This document shows, piece after piece, positions 1 through 12,724 of a stretch of DNA of 64,000 nucleotides. The position numbers were made by a program, and so were the translations under genes. This DNA comes from Vicugna vicugna (Eukaryota): the NCBI GenBank assembly GCA_013265495.1, contig MU058065.1:8473819-8537818 (forward strand), written 5' to 3'. Under the pieces are notes generated by a model that searched no databases, was not told the DNA's origin, and worked only from the letters and a program-made list of their open reading frames with translations. Numbering within the stretch: the stretch's first letter is position 1; every line of letters starts with the position of its first letter.

Positions 1-171
1 ACAGAGAAAAAAAAATGTGACAATGAGTGTGTATATGTCCATGAATGAATGACTATTGTGCTGAACACTGGAATTTGACACATTGTAAAATGATTATAAA
101 TCAATAAAAAATGTTAAAAAAAAAAACCTGTCGCCAATTAAAACCTGTCTTTCGTATAAAAAAAAAAAAAA
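1..171 (+). mobile_element. 3' end of a young L1 (same family as 56563-63770), followed by a 31-nt extra segment and a second poly(A)
   Basis: 1-126 aligns by eye to about 63647-63770; 127-157 is unique sequence; 158-171 is an A run. Confidence 0.85.
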
Positions 172-1846
172 CAGAGCTTCCTGGTTACATTTTTCCTACA
201 TATTCTTAGCATGACAGATGTGCATGTCCTGTGTTACATGAAAAAGGGCTTCCGGGGAGCAGAGTATGGCAGACACTTTGGGTTTGCATCAGACTACTGC
301 TGTTTCCATAGCATCAGCCAGGAAGAAAGGATGAATCACATGAAAATGAAGGGTCAGGAAGTTATCCTGAAAAAAGAAGTTACAGTGACAGTTCTTTCCA
401 CCCTGCATTAGACCAGAAATAAACTTTCTCAGTAGTCGGTAGAAGAAACTAAAAACTAGGTCCAAGGGACAAGCCTGCACAGGACACAGTGCTTCTTTGA
501 CCTGTTGGCATTTTTTTAGTCCAACTAGAACAATCAGTCATACGTGGGACTCACCAAACAATAAAACCAAAAACTACCTTGTATACTACAGGTTTGGAGC
601 AAAGGAAGAAGGGCATTATCCAAGAAAAAATACAACTAGTCTAATGACAAGCAAGTGGAAGAAAAGGCTACAGTTCCCTCTTCAGCACTCTGTTGCTCAC
701 ACACTGAAAGTAGCCCTTTCCAACGACATTGACAGAAGTGCAGGATGCTTCAACCACGTAAAGGCATCCAAGATTATGAACGGGGAATAGAAGCCGAGTT
801 GGGCTTTTGAAGTGCTGAGAAACCCTGCACTCAATAAGAAGGGAAGGCTCACTTAAAAAACACTTAATTTCTCTGAAGTACCATCTTAACAAGTATCAGT
901 TCGATGGGTTATTCTGAACTATTTTTCTACAGTTCTGCAGAAAGGAGATGCCCTTCAGCAATCTTAAGAGGTACATACATGCAAGAGAGGTTCTTAATTC
1001 CCCACGGCAGGCATTTTAAAGAAGCCGAAGGCTTACCACTCGAAGCTGAGACTTTTTGGTAGAGATCTAGATCTGAAAAATAAGTGTCCCCAGAAGACTA
1101 ATAATTCAACATTCTATACTATCACTCTGCTTTTACCAAAAATAGGACAAGAAAAAACAGGTTTCAGATGCAGCAGGAAGGATTAATGTCATGAAAAGAA
1201 CTTTCTGTGAGGGATAAAGAAAGCAAATGCCTGGAGGAGAAATTCAAGTTTTTGGGGGAGGAGGGAATCTCTTCCCAACAAACTGAAATAAATGTCCCCC
1301 TAAATTTGTATACTTTATCTGTAAATATTCAAAAGCAAATTATGTTTTATATATGTCTATGTATCCTTTAGATCTGAGAAAGAGTTAAAAATAAGCTTGT
1401 GTTTAAAATGATACCCAAGTTGATATTCCTCCCTATCCTAAAAATATCTACTGTCTTTAAGACACAGCTCTCTAGGCTGTTTAAGGAAAGACACCATCAA
1501 CCTGGTAACTGGGTGAAATCTTCTATGCAGGCATGAGATGAACCGAACGCCCTTAAAAGATTCCACTAATTCCTCAGTTCTGTGAGTCCAAGAACTGCAC
1601 AAATAATCTGCTACTGGGCTGAATTCCGTTTCACTGTGACTCTCATCCCTTTATCAACAAAACTCAGAAGAGTTCCTGGGACACAGACAGTAATCAGTGA
1701 ATGTTGGCTGAGGTCAATAATCTGACAGATTCTGACTCAAGAGCAGAAACAGAAGGTTCCTGGGAGCCAAATGCTCTACGAAGGGTCCCACTCACTGATT
1801 CTCAGAGAACAGGATTTGTCTACAAACGCAATTCTTATGGTCTTAC

Positions 1847-1969
1847 AAGAATTGTAGAGAGATGCCGGATTTCTTCAAGTTATGAATTATAACATCCAGC
1901 TGATCTTTGCTGAACGGGCTGCTGAGGTCAGTGAACACTTCAATATGCTTCTTATTAAACTTCTTTCCT
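1847..1969 (-). CDS. XRCC5: XRCC5 exon 5 ([41 protein letters not shown]); gene continues beyond the window start
   Basis: 123 nt between TTTTTAG and GTAAGA; Ku80-like peptide. Confidence 0.93.
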
Positions 1970-2489
1970 CTAAAAAAGAGAGTTATCACATTAAGAAATC
2001 ATTCTCCGGAATTATTTCCTACAAACTCAAATGTACTTGGTTGCTGAGCTGAAAAAGGGTAAGGAATGAATCTAGCCCTGTTAACAAATGTGATTACATT
2101 CTAGAAGTCCATGTGTTGTTGGTGTTTAGCTAAGTTTCTACTAAGCACGTAATCAACCAAGTGGTAACTCACACTTTCAACTTCTTAGGGAAAATTTCTG
2201 AGCATTATGGAAATATTGCTTCCCCAATTTCATAACTCTAATTTCAGTTAAAGATGTGGTCACTATGATAAAAAAGGATCCCCTTCCATCCTCCACATAC
2301 GCAGAATGTAAACAAGGAATTCTCCCAAGGTATTATAATTACGGCCTTGAAAGGGTTCACTTTTCAAACACCTTTGTCTGATTCCACACACAGGGCTAAT
2401 GGCAGGATTTTGCACAGGATGTACAGAGACTGAGAAATGATAATACAAATTTCAGCCTGAGATTTTAGTACAAATGCTTTTCCTAACAG

Positions 2490-2536
2490 GGTGTGTGTGT
2501 GTGTGTGTGTGTGCGTGCGTGTGTGTGTGCGTGCGT
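2490..2536. repeat. (GT)n/(GCGT) microsatellite
   Basis: Read directly from the sequence. Confidence 0.95.
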
Positions 2537-2923
2537 ATTTGAAGACACATATTTTAAAGGCACAGTAATTAAATAAGTAATAAGTTAGGAAGCTGGCCAG
2601 AGTTACTATGCATTTAATTTCAATACCGTATGGACCATAACACTTAGTATTTTTTACAAGTCCTGGTGGTTAGCTTAAGTCAAAAAGGAAGGAAAAGGAA
2701 ATAAGCCAAACATTAATTTTCCCCAGAGAAGTTCCACGAAGTATAGCCCTTCCTCTTTCTAAACTTTTTAAAAAGAAAGGCTGAACTCTTATCAAATGCC
2801 TTTTTAGCCATGCAAACATGCAACTTGATTAACAATGAATCATACAGTGCACTGTATACACAACAACCTATACAATTCTTGCAGAAAGGCTCATTTCCAA
2901 CTCTCTTCAGCTGAGACACTTAC

Positions 2924-2972
2924 ACGGTTTCTCGTTGAATCAAATCCATGCACACAATGAGGGCATCCAGGA
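2924..2972 (-). CDS. XRCC5: XRCC5 exon 4 (FLDALIVCMDLIQRETV)
   Basis: 49 nt; phase consistent with exons 3 and 5; preceded by a CCTTAAC branch site and AG, followed by GTAAGT. Confidence 0.93.
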
Positions 2973-3107
2973 CTCAGCTAGTTAAGGGCAGAAGGTAACA
3001 CCAAAAAGTCCCTTTATTCCAAGAACATGCAACTTTTTTTCAGTGAAATCCACAGTGCTAGAAATTGTGGACACTGAGCTGACTGTGTAATGATTTAAAA
3101 AGGACTT

Positions 3108-3292
3108 GAAAACAGTAAGGACCTACTGTAGAGCACAGGAAACGATATTCAATATCTTGTAATAGCCTATAATGAAAAAGAATATGAAAAGGAATATATA
3201 TGTGCATAACTGAATCACAAGGCTGTACACCAGAAATTAACACAACACTGTAAACCGACTATACTTCAATTAAAAAAATTAAAAAATTAAAA
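3108..3292 (+). mobile_element. L1 3'-end fragment
   Basis: GGACCTACTGTAGAGCACAGG...ACTATACTTCAATTAAAAAAA. Confidence 0.8.
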
Positions 3293-4044
3293 GTACCTGC
3301 CCAAGTGCCCTTCTTCCAAAGTTTATTTCACTAACATACATTCATATATGCTATATATCAAAGTACACATCTTGAAACATGTAACCAGGAAAAATAAAAG
3401 AAACCAAAAGGTAGTCTAACATGTCCCATTTGACCAAAAATTATGACGCCATTTTACAGAATCTAGAGCCCATGTTTTGTGATTACAGTCTACTCCTAAG
3501 TATGAAGTGAGCCATAATGTAGCATTTGTAAATCACTCCCAGCACAGCAGCACCTCCTAGTGATCAGGGATGGTACTATTGTTTAGAAAAAGGAGAAAAA
3601 TGCCTTAAAATCAGGACACCTATGGAAGAAATTAGAAGTCTTACAGTTTAGGCATCAATGTGATTTTTGACATAAAAATATCTTCCATCCAGAGAGGTTA
3701 GGCAAAAGCTAGTGCTATATTCTTCCCAAAATATCTTCTCTATGTCCAAACATTTCTAAGCATCACCACTACCAAACCCTCCACACATGGTCAATACACA
3801 CATACACCCCCTAGTATCTTCCCCTTCGAAACCTCCCAGCCTCTGTCACTAGCACAGAGAAGGGGCACCCAACCAAACCTAATTAATCGCACATTAGATC
3901 CTGACATACATGACCTCCATGTCCTGGGAGCCAAAAATGTCCATGAAGTCAGAGCTGGGACTCAGAAAACCTCATCAAATTAGATTACTATTCCCCAGAT
4001 TGAAGGAAATTTCTTAAGAGACTTCTCTGGCTGAAAAAGGATAC

Positions 4045-4228
4045 AGTCAGCTTGTTGAGAACCTGGCTGGATTTTGTTTTCAATGTCCTCCAGCAAGTCA
4101 AAATCCGGTAGCATCAGGTGTCTGTGCACTGTGATGTTCTGATACTGATCCTCACCAGCAAGGGCATTCTTTGTGTCGTCTGTACCAAAAAGGACTAACG
4201 CAATCTCATCCTTGCTCTCAGCGAACAC
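4045..4228 (-). CDS. XRCC5: XRCC5 exon 3 ([17 protein letters not shown]...IQPGSQQAD)
   Basis: 184 nt; matches ORF-track entry 3980..4228; ends at a GTATCCTTT (U12-type) donor. Confidence 0.95.
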
Positions 4229-6094
4229 CTAGACAAGGATGATAAAAGGCTGAAAATCATATATTACCACCTAGAAACCAACAGATATTTAACCTTCAGG
4301 GAGCAAGACAACCATACCTCCCTATGGCAGGTCCCTGGGGCCCCTGTCAACAACAGAATTGGGCTAATTGGCCCATAGGACTGATGGACAGTGAAAATTC
4401 CCAGGTTTTAAGACCTCTTCATCGACCATAGGTCCTATCCTTCATTTCAGTACAATCTGTGGTGGAGGAATGGGAGGGTGATGACTTCCCACCCTCTTGA
4501 TGACCTTCACCCAAATCAGACTCTAATTCTCAGTGATGACTAATCATGGATAATTTGAAAAGATTTTCGTCTGTCTTTCTGGAATGACTAGCCAGGGTTT
4601 ACATTTTCCAGAAATTAAAAAAATATATCTGTTGGTTCATATTCTCTATCTCGGCAATTTCACTTACAGGGATAAATACTATGGAGAAATTCTTGCACAT
4701 GTACACAAGGAGACAATGGACAAGAAAGTTCAAGTTTACTTCAGCACCACTTATAACTGGGCAAAACTGGAAACTAACTATCACTCAACCAGAGAATGCA
4801 AAAACACATTGCAAAATATTTATACAATGGAATATTACAGCTCAGTAAAAAAAAAGAAGGAATAAATCTCAAAAACATAAGGTTGAGAAAAAATAAGTTG
4901 TGGAATGATACGTACCACATCATACCATTACATACACTTTTGAGAGCATCATGCAATACGACATAGTATTTATAAAAACACTTACATCCAAAGTATAAAA
5001 TGTATGTGACAATAGGTATGATAATTCTGAGGAAAGAAGAGGGCTGGGGAGGGATACACAAGGGGTTTCAAGTTAATCTGTAATATTTTACATTTTAAGA
5101 AAAAAGGAGAAAAAGAAATCAAACAAATAGAACTTTCAGACTGTAGGGCACTAGACAATGGGAAAATAGCTTTCCATTATATTATTCTCTGTATTTTCCC
5201 CTTTTATGAAACATTTCATAATGAAAACAAAAAATAGTATGTGACACAAAGGGCAGTCCTGTCCCCACCTACTTACTAACAGAAGCCTCTTACATCAGTG
5301 AGGCGAACGCTGTGAGGGCAGAGGACAGAACTGTCATTCTTCACTGCTGCATGGTCTGTTAAATTCCCCAGTCTGGTAACAAGTCCAGCTACAACTGCCA
5401 GTTGTTCATAGGGAAAAGGTCCCAGCTACTGGGGTTCAAACATGGCCAGCACACCAGTGGGGCAGGCCTGCTAGAATTCCATCTGTCTCCTGGACAAGAT
5501 TTCACCTTAGGGCAAGGTGATCTTGCTCAACAACAAAACCTCAGTGAGGGCAAGGAAGGAAGTTTGACTGCAGTGTGGGTTCTGTCTCCCAGCCTTCCAG
5601 AGTCAGACTCCTATGCAAGGAGCAGAATCAAAAAGAAAACCTGAAAGCACTGCTTCTCTTTTTTTAGAAAAGCTATACTACATTGGGGCACAGCAGCACT
5701 ATTCGAATGCACATTACTATAACCAAGAATCGGGTCAGAGGCATCCTCTTCTTCGAGACTTTAAGGACTCCAGATTATCAGAATCTGTTAAACTTCAGGA
5801 TGACCGGTAGGAGGTAACAGTGCCTAGTAGAAAAGGCAACCCCCAGAAGAAGTAGCAGACGTGTCCAGGAGGAGCAGCAGCACCCAGTGAATGAATCAGA
5901 ACTTCGTGGACTAGGCAGTCAGAGCAGGCAGAAAGGGCAGAAATTAATAATAATAATAATAAAACAGAGTGTTTACAATATGTCAAGTACTATTCTAAGC
6001 ATTTTATGTACATTAAGGCTTTTTTTTCTCAAAATAACCCTACGCAAGAGGTATTATTATTTTCCCCTACTTGGCACATGGGACACTGAGGCAG

Positions 6095-6667
6095 TGTGGT
6101 AGAGAGTCTCGAAGATGGTCGCCATCCATTCCTTCTCTCCCTGTATTCGGAGAATATTCCTTAAAACCACAGGGGAGTCTAATTCCTGCCTGCCACTCCC
6201 TGCACCCCTCCCCCAATATGAGCTGGCTGAGTGACTTGCTTGATTAATAGAAGGTGGCAGAAATGGCTTTCTGGGATTAAAGCTAGGTCACAGAAAGCCA
6301 TATTAGCATGTCTCTTAGAAATCCACTCTTGAAACACACTTCCTTAAAATCAGCTGCTATACTGTGAGAATCCTGAGCCACATAAAGAGGCCATGTAAGA
6401 GTTCTGGGGACAGTCCCAGCTGCACTCACAGCCACCAGAAGGCATGCCAGTCATGGGAGTGAGCCATCTCGGACGTAAGTTTGGCCACATGAACCTTCCT
6501 GACTCAGCCCCAGCTGACTGCACCGGCACAAGAGGCCTTAGAGAGAATCACCCAACTGAGCCACCCAGTCATCTCCTAGAACCATGAGACATGAGTTTTT
6601 TAAAATGTCATTTAAGATACTAAGCTTGGGGATAGTCTGTAACCAGGAAACAGTAACTGGAATAACA
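6095..6667 (+). mobile_element. MaLR (MLT1-type) LTR inserted into a MIR (MIR halves about 5950-6094 and 6670-6780)
   Basis: TG...CA ends with MLT1-like text; MIR core motifs on both sides. Boundaries approximate. Confidence 0.6.
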
Positions 6668-7018
6668 CACAGCAGCTGAAAGACTGATTCAAGATCACAA
6701 AGTTAGTAAGGGACGTGGCAGAGCAAGGAGTCAAACCTAGGCCATCTGGCTCCACAAATTATACTTTTAAACATTACTTTACATTGCTTCATGTTTCTGA
6801 GAAAAGCTGTAATATCCAGTGGAGGAGCCAAAATGAGAGAAGAAAAAAATGCCAGGTTCTAGTGGTAGCTTTGCATGTGAGCAGATATAAGAATGACTCC
6901 TCAGATTCCTAACAATACTGAGGGCGAACACTGTAAGGAAGCTGGTATCTGGATTACTAAGTGGAGGCAACAAGCAGTTGACGACGAGTTACAAGCTCAA
7001 GACCAATCCGAAACTTAC

Positions 7019-7132
7019 CTGTCGCTGCACAAACATGGTCATCACCTTCTTTGCTAGTTCAAATGGGGATCCTTCCCCAGGAGAGGAGTTACTCATGGCA
7101 AAGCCCACATCCATACACAGCACCACAGCTGC
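7019..7132 (-). CDS. XRCC5: XRCC5 exon 2 ([38 protein letters not shown])
   Basis: 114 nt between AG and GTAAGT; start of the Ku80 vWA domain. Confidence 0.95.
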
Positions 7133-7845
7133 CTAGAAACAAAGTCCCAGAGTGTGTGAGAAAACATTATTAACGGTCACTAAAAAAAGAAGCAAAAGAG
7201 ATGTCACCCATAGAACTTGCACTGATAGCCAGGAGATGGGTGATAAAGGGAGGGGAAGGTTCTACTCAGATGATGTATGTAAGACATACCGATTTCACCA
7301 TGGAGAAACTTTAAATAGCCCTAATATTTCCTAAAACCTAGAAAGTATCTGTCAGAACAGGTGCATGCTCCAGGTAGCTGCTCCTTTGGCCTGAGCCCAA
7401 GATTAAATCCACAGGACACACATCTGAAAATAACCTGCAGGCCAGAGCTAAGACCAGCCCAGCTGAGCTCAAAATACATCAGCCCAAATGCAGTTTAAGC
7501 ACAAGAATAGATGCTTCTGCTGTAAGCCACTGATTTGAGGTACAGCTTCTTCTCCAGCATTTTTGTGGTAGCAGGTAGGGACTGTCACAATATGTATGTG
7601 TTAAAATAATACACCCAACAATTTGAATCAGTTTGTAAGTTCAGGATCTAAAACAAAGCTAAGACACCAAATCTACTCTAGTTGGGGACACACATATAAA
7701 TAATACCAGCACAATATTCCGTGACAGAGGCATACAGTGGGTGCCATGGCAGCACACATGAGGGGCATCTACCCAAGACCAGTGGAAAAACAGAGGACGG
7801 GTAAGAAGGCAGAAAGACTTCTTGGATATGATCCTTGGGTGGATC

Positions 7846-8013
7846 TTTTTTTTTTTTCATCCAATTAAAAAATTTTATTTTTTCATTTCTAGGGGTTTGG
7901 GGGGTGGTAATTAGGTTTGTTTGTTTGTTTATTTATTTAATGGAGGTAGTGGGGGTTGAACCCTGGACTTCGTGCTAAGTATACACTCTACCACTGAACT
8001 ATATACCCTCCTC
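7846..8013 (-). mobile_element. Camelid tRNA-derived SINE (Vic-1-like); a duplicate lies at about 8321-8476
   Basis: Reverse complement has a GAGGGTATA..TCAGTGGTAGAG head, a GGGTTCAACCCCC B box and a TAAACCTAATTACC tail. Confidence 0.8.
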
Positions 8014-8784
8014 ACCTTGGATGACATGACAGTCATGTGAATGAGGGGAGTTTTAGGCAGAGGGAACCAAATAAGGACACCTAACCATTAGCTAGCAACT
8101 GCGTATGCAGAAGACTAAGGAAACAGGGCAAATATAAACTAAAATATGGATACATGTCAAGTTCTGTACTTGGAATTCAAAATTTAACTGAATATGGGCT
8201 AGAGGAGACCTGAATAAATAGCGACTCACAATTTCAGGGTGGATTATAAACTGACATTTTAAAATGTCACCACTATGACATGGCTACAGTACTACACTCC
8301 CCACACCTACCTTATTGCATCATCCAATTAAAAAATTTTATTTTTTCATTTCTAGGGGTTTGGGGGGTGGTAATTAGGTTTGTTTGTTTGTTTATTTATT
8401 TAATGGAGGTAGTGGGGGTTGAACCCTGGACTTCGTGCTAAGTATACACTCTACCACTGAACTATATACCCTCCTCACCTTGGATGACATGACAGTCATG
8501 TGAATGAGGGGAGTTTTAGGCAGAGGGAACCAAATAAGGACACCTAACCATTAGCTAGCAACTGCGTATGCAGAAGACTAAGGAAACAGGGCAAATATAA
8601 ACTAAAATATGGATACATGTCAAGTTCTGTACTTGGAATTCAAAATTTAACTGAATATGGGCTAGAGGAGACCTGAATAAATAGCGACTCACAATTTCAG
8701 GGTGGATTATAAACTGACATTTTAAAATGTCACCACTATGACATGGCTACAGTACTACACTCCCCACACCTACCTTATTGCATC
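7857..8784. repeat. Perfect head-to-tail tandem duplication, 463-bp unit
   Basis: 7857-8321 matches 8320-8784 with no mismatch seen by eye. Confidence 0.95.
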
Positions 8785-10284
8785 CTCTAAAATATTTCAG
8801 GTTGCATCGATTTTAAGGAAGGAAAAGAAAGGTCTTACGGTGAAAAAAGACTAGCAATATGGAGACCTGGTATCCAGTCATTACCAAGTAGCTGAGCCCT
8901 TGGACATGTCACTTAACCTCACTGTTAATTCATGGAGGCAGGAAGCAGTTGTTGGACTAGATGAGATCTAAGGCCTTTTCCAGAGTTAACGTTCTTTGAT
9001 TCTGACTGACAGTCTCACCTGTGCTTTGTACTGATCAGACCACAACTGACAAATGATGAGCAGTTCTCATTGTCGCATCTTCTGAGAAAGACTAATTACA
9101 AATGAACACAAAATGAGCAGATTAGAATATGTGACATGAAGAACAGGTGGGGAAAACTGGCTATTTGAGCCAGAAGAGCAGCTTTAGGGGAACATGATTG
9201 TTACCCTCATACTGCTCTGCAAGAGAGAGAACAGGCTCCACAGATGGAAGTTATAGGGATACTGGTTTGACTCCATATAAAGGAGAAAAAAAATAATATT
9301 TAGAAGTGATCAATGAAAGAACTACTATTTTCTGAAGGAGTGATTGCCTAACCATCGAATTATCTGAAAAACCTGGATGAGTTCCTATCAGGGATGTTAT
9401 TGATGATTTCCAATTTGGTGGTATCTCAGGCAAGGCAATACATGGCAAAACTATTTAGGTTTTTCCCTAGTTTACCAAGAACGGAGCATAATGCACTTAT
9501 ACTAAGAGATTTCCTGAGTATAAATAACATGTTTGGAGAAAAGGTGATAATAAACAACTATAAAACTTCTTTGATAGCAATAAAATTTACATCCCATAGT
9601 TTCAATGCTCTAAGCATAAGAATCTTAAAAAAGTGAAGTGTCTTCAAATATGCTGCTGCATTTATTTAACACATGTTCATATGAGCCACCTTTAAACCAG
9701 AAAACTCTAAATGAGAGGACTAAAGGCCTTTTGCCAGGAATCTGGTACCCAAAAATAGCATCAAAAGGTTTCACAGCATGGAACTTGTCTGAAAGCAGAA
9801 GAATGGTCTATATAATACTTCAAGCTCCTTTTTGGCTGCAGTAAGAAAACCCAGGAAAAAGAAACTGGGCAATAAAGCAACACTGCATTTATGTATTGAA
9901 GCAATACAGGCTGTCAGAATTTTCCTGCAAGTCCACCTGCCATAAACAGTGGCTCCATTAGAGCAGCAAAGTTTTCAGCAGCTGGAAGAGGAACAAAGGA
10001 GGTGAGTGGCATATGTTCCTAATCATTTTTAATCAACGTTTCCCGACGCGGAACTGAGGGGACTAGGAATCAGTGACTCAAACTTCTATCTTGTTTATCT
10101 GTATATGAGATGCCTAGTAAAATACCTAATGAATGAACCAACTCCCTGGAACACATCTCCCTCTAGTGACCCTTCAAAGACAATTACTCTCTGCCTGTAT
10201 TTTAAAAATCATTGTTAAAATTCATCATAATGTTATTAATCTGGGACAATTAGGGTCATAGATTCCTAGTAACAGAGACATTCT

Positions 10285-10520
10285 CCAGGGCTCTGAAAGC
10301 AGACAGCCTACGTTCAAATCCGTGTTCCACCACTTACAGACTAGGTGAGCTTGAGGTAATCACTTTACTTACTGCCTCACTTTTCTCACCTGTAAACTGG
10401 GGATAACAGTTTTCAACTCATGAGATTGTTGTGAAGAATAAATGAGACAGGAATAAAGTGTTTAAATCAGTGCCTTACCAGAGTTAAGTTTTCAATAAGT
10501 GTGAAACATTTGATTATTAT
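10285..10520 (+). mobile_element. MIR SINE
   Basis: GTTCAAATCC...CCACTTAC...TTCTCACCTGTAAACTGGGGATAA core. Confidence 0.65.
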
Positions 10521-10659
10521 AGAGGTAATAACAGGGCGTTTTATACTTCAAGTTATTTTACTCACAGTCCCTCTCTGAAGTTTTACAAAGCTGTGCGATA
10601 GGTGTTTATCGTGGCTAACTTCCATTCTTACAGATTTTCAAAACCCAGGCTCAGAAGTA

Positions 10660-11240
10660 ACGGAGGAGTCGGAGGAAGCGGGTAGGCTGGGATACGGGTA
10701 CGGAGGGGAGGCGGAGTGGGCTGGAAGGCCGGAGGAGGCCAGTTGGAGAGGAAATGAGAAGATGGGAGGGCTGAGGAGGCGGCGGGGGTGGAGAGTGGGC
10801 GAGGGTCAAGTTCAGGTCTTCAGACTCCAAATCCCCAGCTTCCTCACAGCGCATCCCTGGATCCCGGCCCTCCGGACCCAGGCCACCACCACCATCTCCC
10901 CTCCCCACTCCTGGCCACCGCCGTGATCCCATGATTCCTGCTTCCGAACCACCTTTTCCGGAAGCCCCGGCACAGGCAAGGACCAAGCCAACTTATCTTT
11001 CTACCTTATTCCCCGACCGCGCCATATTGCAGGTCCGCAAGCGCCCGTTCGCCTCTTCCGAGTGGGAACCTGCGGCGCCGAAACTCAGTTCCGCCGGACT
11101 AAGGGCCGGAGGGTCGCAGAAACGGCCTCTTCCCGCCGAGCCTGGAAGGGGAGGGGAAACTGTGCGTGACGCCGTGAGCATGCGCAGATCCCTTGCGTTC
11201 CGAGCTGTTGGAGAAGCTTTCCGGTTTTCCAGCTTCGTCT
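10660..11240 (-). promoter_or_regulatory. XRCC5: XRCC5 CpG-island promoter / first-exon region
   Basis: CpG-dense. NRF1-like TGCGCATGCTCA (11175-11186, minus), E2F-like TTCCCGCC (11130-11137), ETS-like TTCCGGAA near 10956-10963. Confidence 0.75.
11005..11025 (-). CDS. XRCC5: XRCC5 (Ku80) coding exon 1, MARSGNK
   Basis: ATG at 11025-11023, 21 nt, followed by a GT donor (11004-11003). Resembles the Ku80 N-terminus MVRSGNK and lies in a CpG island. Confidence 0.93.
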
Positions 11241-12724
11241 AAGTATCTAGAGCTGCTTTGCTAGGAATCACGTCTCCAAAAGATTCCCTTCCCTTTTCTT
11301 TTACTGAGAATAATACCTACAGCGTTTTGTGTCAGCGATCTGGAGTTAGATTTCCTCGAATATGAGGATGAATCCAGAAAGTCACATAACTTCTCTAAAA
11401 GTCTGTTTCTTCTCGAAAAAGGGAAAACGGAAGACTTAACAGATGTGATGATCTTGGAGCCAAAGCCTGAAGAAAAGGTAGTTTTCCAGACAATCAAAAG
11501 TGGAAAGAGCATACTTCCTTGAAGAGGAAATGGGATGTATAAAAGACCTGGAGGCATGAAACAGCATCTGCTAAGGATCTCCCAGTACTTTGGCGCTAGC
11601 TTGTAAGGGAGGAAGTGAGGTTTAGTTCTAGAAGACAAATCTAGAGATGTTCTAGGAGTGGCAGCTGTCAGTTACAGTGCCCCGACACTTGCCACTCCTT
11701 TTCAAAAGGAAGCTGTCCATCCTGCAGACCTTGGGCCTTTGAGCGAAGTGAGCCTAAACTGAACCTTGCACAGAAAAGGCTACTTAATATACCAGATGAT
11801 CCACAGGCTGACAGCTGATTGGACAGAGGGTCTGGCAACTTGCAGAGTGTCTGCAAACCTCTGCCCAACCTAGGAAATTAAGTCCAATCAGATTCTCTCC
11901 CACTTGAAAGTTGGACCTGGGACAAGCAGAAACTGAAGCTGGAAAAATGAGAAGAGAGGGGTCTTGAGAGAGCCGAACTGCATTTATATAAGTAAATGCA
12001 CTGAAGCAGGGGAGTCAGACACTTTCAGACTGCTCTGAGAGCCAAGAAGTTTCATCAAGCTTTTGATTCAAACTCAAGGAGTTCTTTTAAAGCTGAAATA
12101 TTATTTTTAAAGTATTTTTTATGTGACAGATCAATAGAGTTACTACAGCATCACCATAGTGAAGGAGATTTTCATGCATTATGTCCATGATTTTATCTCG
12201 TATGTAGTCTCTGTTTTCTTCTATTTGTACTCTCCTTCTTCCCCTCTCTTTCTCATACCATGCACCCTTCAGTGCAGATTTGTTTTCTGGGAGAAATTTT
12301 AAAAATTCTGGTACTTGTGCTTGTTTGCATCTCTGCTGTCCTTATAGAAGTCTTTAAAATCATCCACTTCCAGGCAACTAGGCAGCCGTGGTGCTGAGAA
12401 CGAATATGGACTTTAAGCACTGCTTCTCCTGGCAAAAATCTCCATTAATCGAGGGTGAGGGGGCAAGCGTTACTATTGTGACAGGGTAGGTGGCAACTCT
12501 GTTCTTCCTCCACAGCAAAAGGATGCTGGCTTTGTTGGTTCTGTTTCTTCCTGTGAGTTCAGAATCCATTTGTATTTGTGTGATTCAGAATTGGGTGGAA
12601 AGGGGGAGGTTGAGGTGATGGGCTCTGGCTGGTAGGGGAGAAGGGGCTTTTTGGACAGAAAGAGTTGTGCATGGGAACCACTGTGGCATATGAGGGAAAT
12701 GGATGAAATAAGAAAAGGAGAATG

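Noticed and set aside
8252..8269. 18-bp perfect palindrome TGACATTTTAAAATGTCA (also present in the duplicate copy)
   Set aside because: AT-rich, short and without supporting context; plausible by chance.
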